A stretch of 64,000 nucleotides of DNA, from NCBI GenBank assembly GCA_010356995.1, contig ML996687.1, forward strand, positions 125,803 to 189,802, read 5' to 3'. The notes beneath the pieces were generated by a model. The model did no database searches. It saw only the letters and a list, made by a program, of their open reading frames with translations, and was not told the DNA's origin. Numbering within the stretch: position 1 is the first letter of the stretch; each line of letters opens with the position of its first letter. Shown one piece after another: positions 62,224 to 64,000 of this stretch. The translations under genes and the position numbers were made by a program. The DNA is from Trichodelitschia bisporula (Eukaryota).

Positions 62224-62614
62224 TTTGGTGGTGATGGGTGCATCGTGAGGGCGGCGATGGTAGTTGGGAAAGGGATATACAGGTATGGGTAGGGCATATG
62301 GGCTGGAGATGTGTACGCGGTCGGGGACTCGGTCACTCGTTTCGAGTATTGGGCCGACGGCGGTGGATGGTGTGGTGTGGGGTATATTGCGGGGAAGGGG
62401 TGACACTATATTTTGCGGAGAATTGGGCGTTCAAGTGCCCGTTGTATAGAAATGCATATACGCAAGGCTGAAGGCTGGGCATTTAATCCTCGTACTAGAA
62501 CTAGTTCTAATCCAGCCCACGGACCCGTCATCGCCGTCATCGCCCTTCACAACCCGCCCCAAAGCCCACGCTTGCTGATATAATGCCAAAGCTCTCCAGA
62601 GACAACATAAAGTC

Positions 62615-63204
62615 TCAAACGAAGTCCACCCCAAGTACCGCAACAAATAATCCCTCCAACCAACCCCACGCACTACCCCTCCCCCACCCCCCCTATCCGC
62701 CTCTCCACAACCCTCTCCTCATGCGTCCCCACCCCCTCCCCCTCCTTCCCCCCCGCCACCCTCTCCCCGCTCCGTCCTCCAGGCTCGAACACGCACCCTA
62801 CGGCCAGCCTATGGTGATCATGTCCTATACGCTGCGCGGGGGCGGGCGGCCAGACTATGTCGCGGTTGGTGAGGGTGGGGTAGAGGAGGGAGAGGGCGGT
62901 TTGAGGCGTAGACTAAAGCGGGAGGTTAGCCGCTTTCGAGGATATTGTAGGAGGGAAGGGGGCACACCTCATTCCGCTCTCTCGCGGCCCAGATTAATCG
63001 CTCCGCGCTGAGCAGTGTAGCATGCCCCTCCTGCACCGCAAGCCGGGTGGCATACGGCGTAGGCGAGCGAGGGTGAGGGGGGCGCTGCGGCCGCGGGGCC
63101 GGATCGCGGGGAGGCTCAAACCGCCCCCTGAATTCGTTGTAATTCTCTGCCGCCTCCGCCTCCCTGATAGCCGTGGTCCTATCGTCGCCGTAGTAGGTGT
63201 TCAT
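62615..63204 (-). CDS. Hypothetical protein (2 exons; intron ~62913-62967)
   Basis: ATG 63204; GTGTGC…GCTAAC…TAG intron keeps the frame open to TGA at 62615. Confidence 0.45.
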
Positions 63205-63778
63205 ATTGGTAGACACTCGTGGGGCAGAAGGCGAAGTCGTTTTCTCAAAGTCGTTTTCTCGAAGTCCTCGTCTCAAAGTCCTCACCTCCCCTCGCTCCTT
63301 TAAACCCACACCCGCCCCGCTCACACTTCCCCCGCCCCGCAGCCCGGCTTCTGCAATGCACGGCGGTGACGAGGGAGAAGCAGGACCCTGCTCATATGCA
63401 GGCCGCCGCCACGAGGGCCGGGCCGGGCGCGGCGGGAGGGAGAGGGAGGGGGGGCGGAGGGTGGGGCAGGATAGTGGTTGAAAGATCAAAGCCAATGGCG
63501 CGGCGCCGGCCCGGGCCCCACTGCCGTGCGACGCGGAGCTCGAGGCCGCGAAGCGGGTAATGCTGCTGTACATCTAAGCCGTGCATCGTACGGCATAGCA
63601 GGCGGGCCCGCGGCAGGGCGGACGATGCTGTGTAACTACCGCCGGGCTGCGGGTCTGCGGGTCTGCGGGTACCCGGCGTGCAGATCAGGGGAGAGACTCT
63701 GTGTCACCGACCCGGACAGGAAGCGGGTACTCGTACGTATTTCTAAGCTACCTACCTACGGATGTGCGTCACCAGGCT

Positions 63779-64000
63779 CTACGTCCTCGCGCGCCGTCTC
63801 GCCCTCTCCTCCGCCCTCCCCTCCCGTTCCCGCTGACGCTCAAACCGTTCCATCTCGCGCTCCATCCTCTCCCTTTCCCTCTCCTCCCGCCTGCCCTTCT
63901 CCCCCTTCTCCACCCTCGCCACCGCGTTCTCCGCCTCTCTCTCCCGGACCCGCCCGACGAGATATCCCCACCCCCCATGCCCGAGCGCGCGGGTCCACAC
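63779..64000 (-). CDS. 3' end of a gene truncated by the window edge, with Arg/Glu-rich coiled-coil tail
   Basis: Open frame …WGYLVGRVREREAE…RERERMEREMER to a stop at 63779. Confidence 0.5.
   Translation of the reverse strand: MWTRALGHGGWGYLVGRVREREAENAVARVEKGEKGRREERERERMEREMERFERQREREGRAEERARRRART

Overview
GC-rich, intron-containing genomic DNA of a filamentous ascomycete (Pezizomycotina-type short introns of about 43-60 nt, GT-AG ends, CTAAC/CTGAC branch sites). About 26 protein-coding genes could be built by hand. They include a carboxylesterase, a MARVEL-like protein, MHF1/CENP-S, PGA2, an AA11 LPMO, tetraspanin Tsp3, GEP3, mitochondrial aspartate aminotransferase, the YPD1 phosphotransfer protein (missed by the ORF track), a 2H-phosphoesterase, a HET-domain protein, a WD40 protein, a DUF4360-like protein, an ADAM protease, acetyl-CoA synthetase, an FAD oxidase, a PTH11-like membrane protein, an AAA ATPase and a pectin methylesterase. 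Most notable observations: (1) an AA11 LPMO carrying a Met/His-rich MDHGGM/MHHSDM repeat that looks like a built-in copper-binding tract; (2) a ~1,760-aa repeat protein punctuated by KR sites; (3) an oversized, strongly base-paired last intron in acetyl-CoA synthetase; (4) a HET gene tightly linked to a 2H phosphodiesterase; (5) a ~300-nt fold-back hairpin; (6) several decayed repeat families in an accessory-looking block at 31.8-42.5 kb. Family assignments come from recognised motifs, not database searches. There is one 125-nt N gap.
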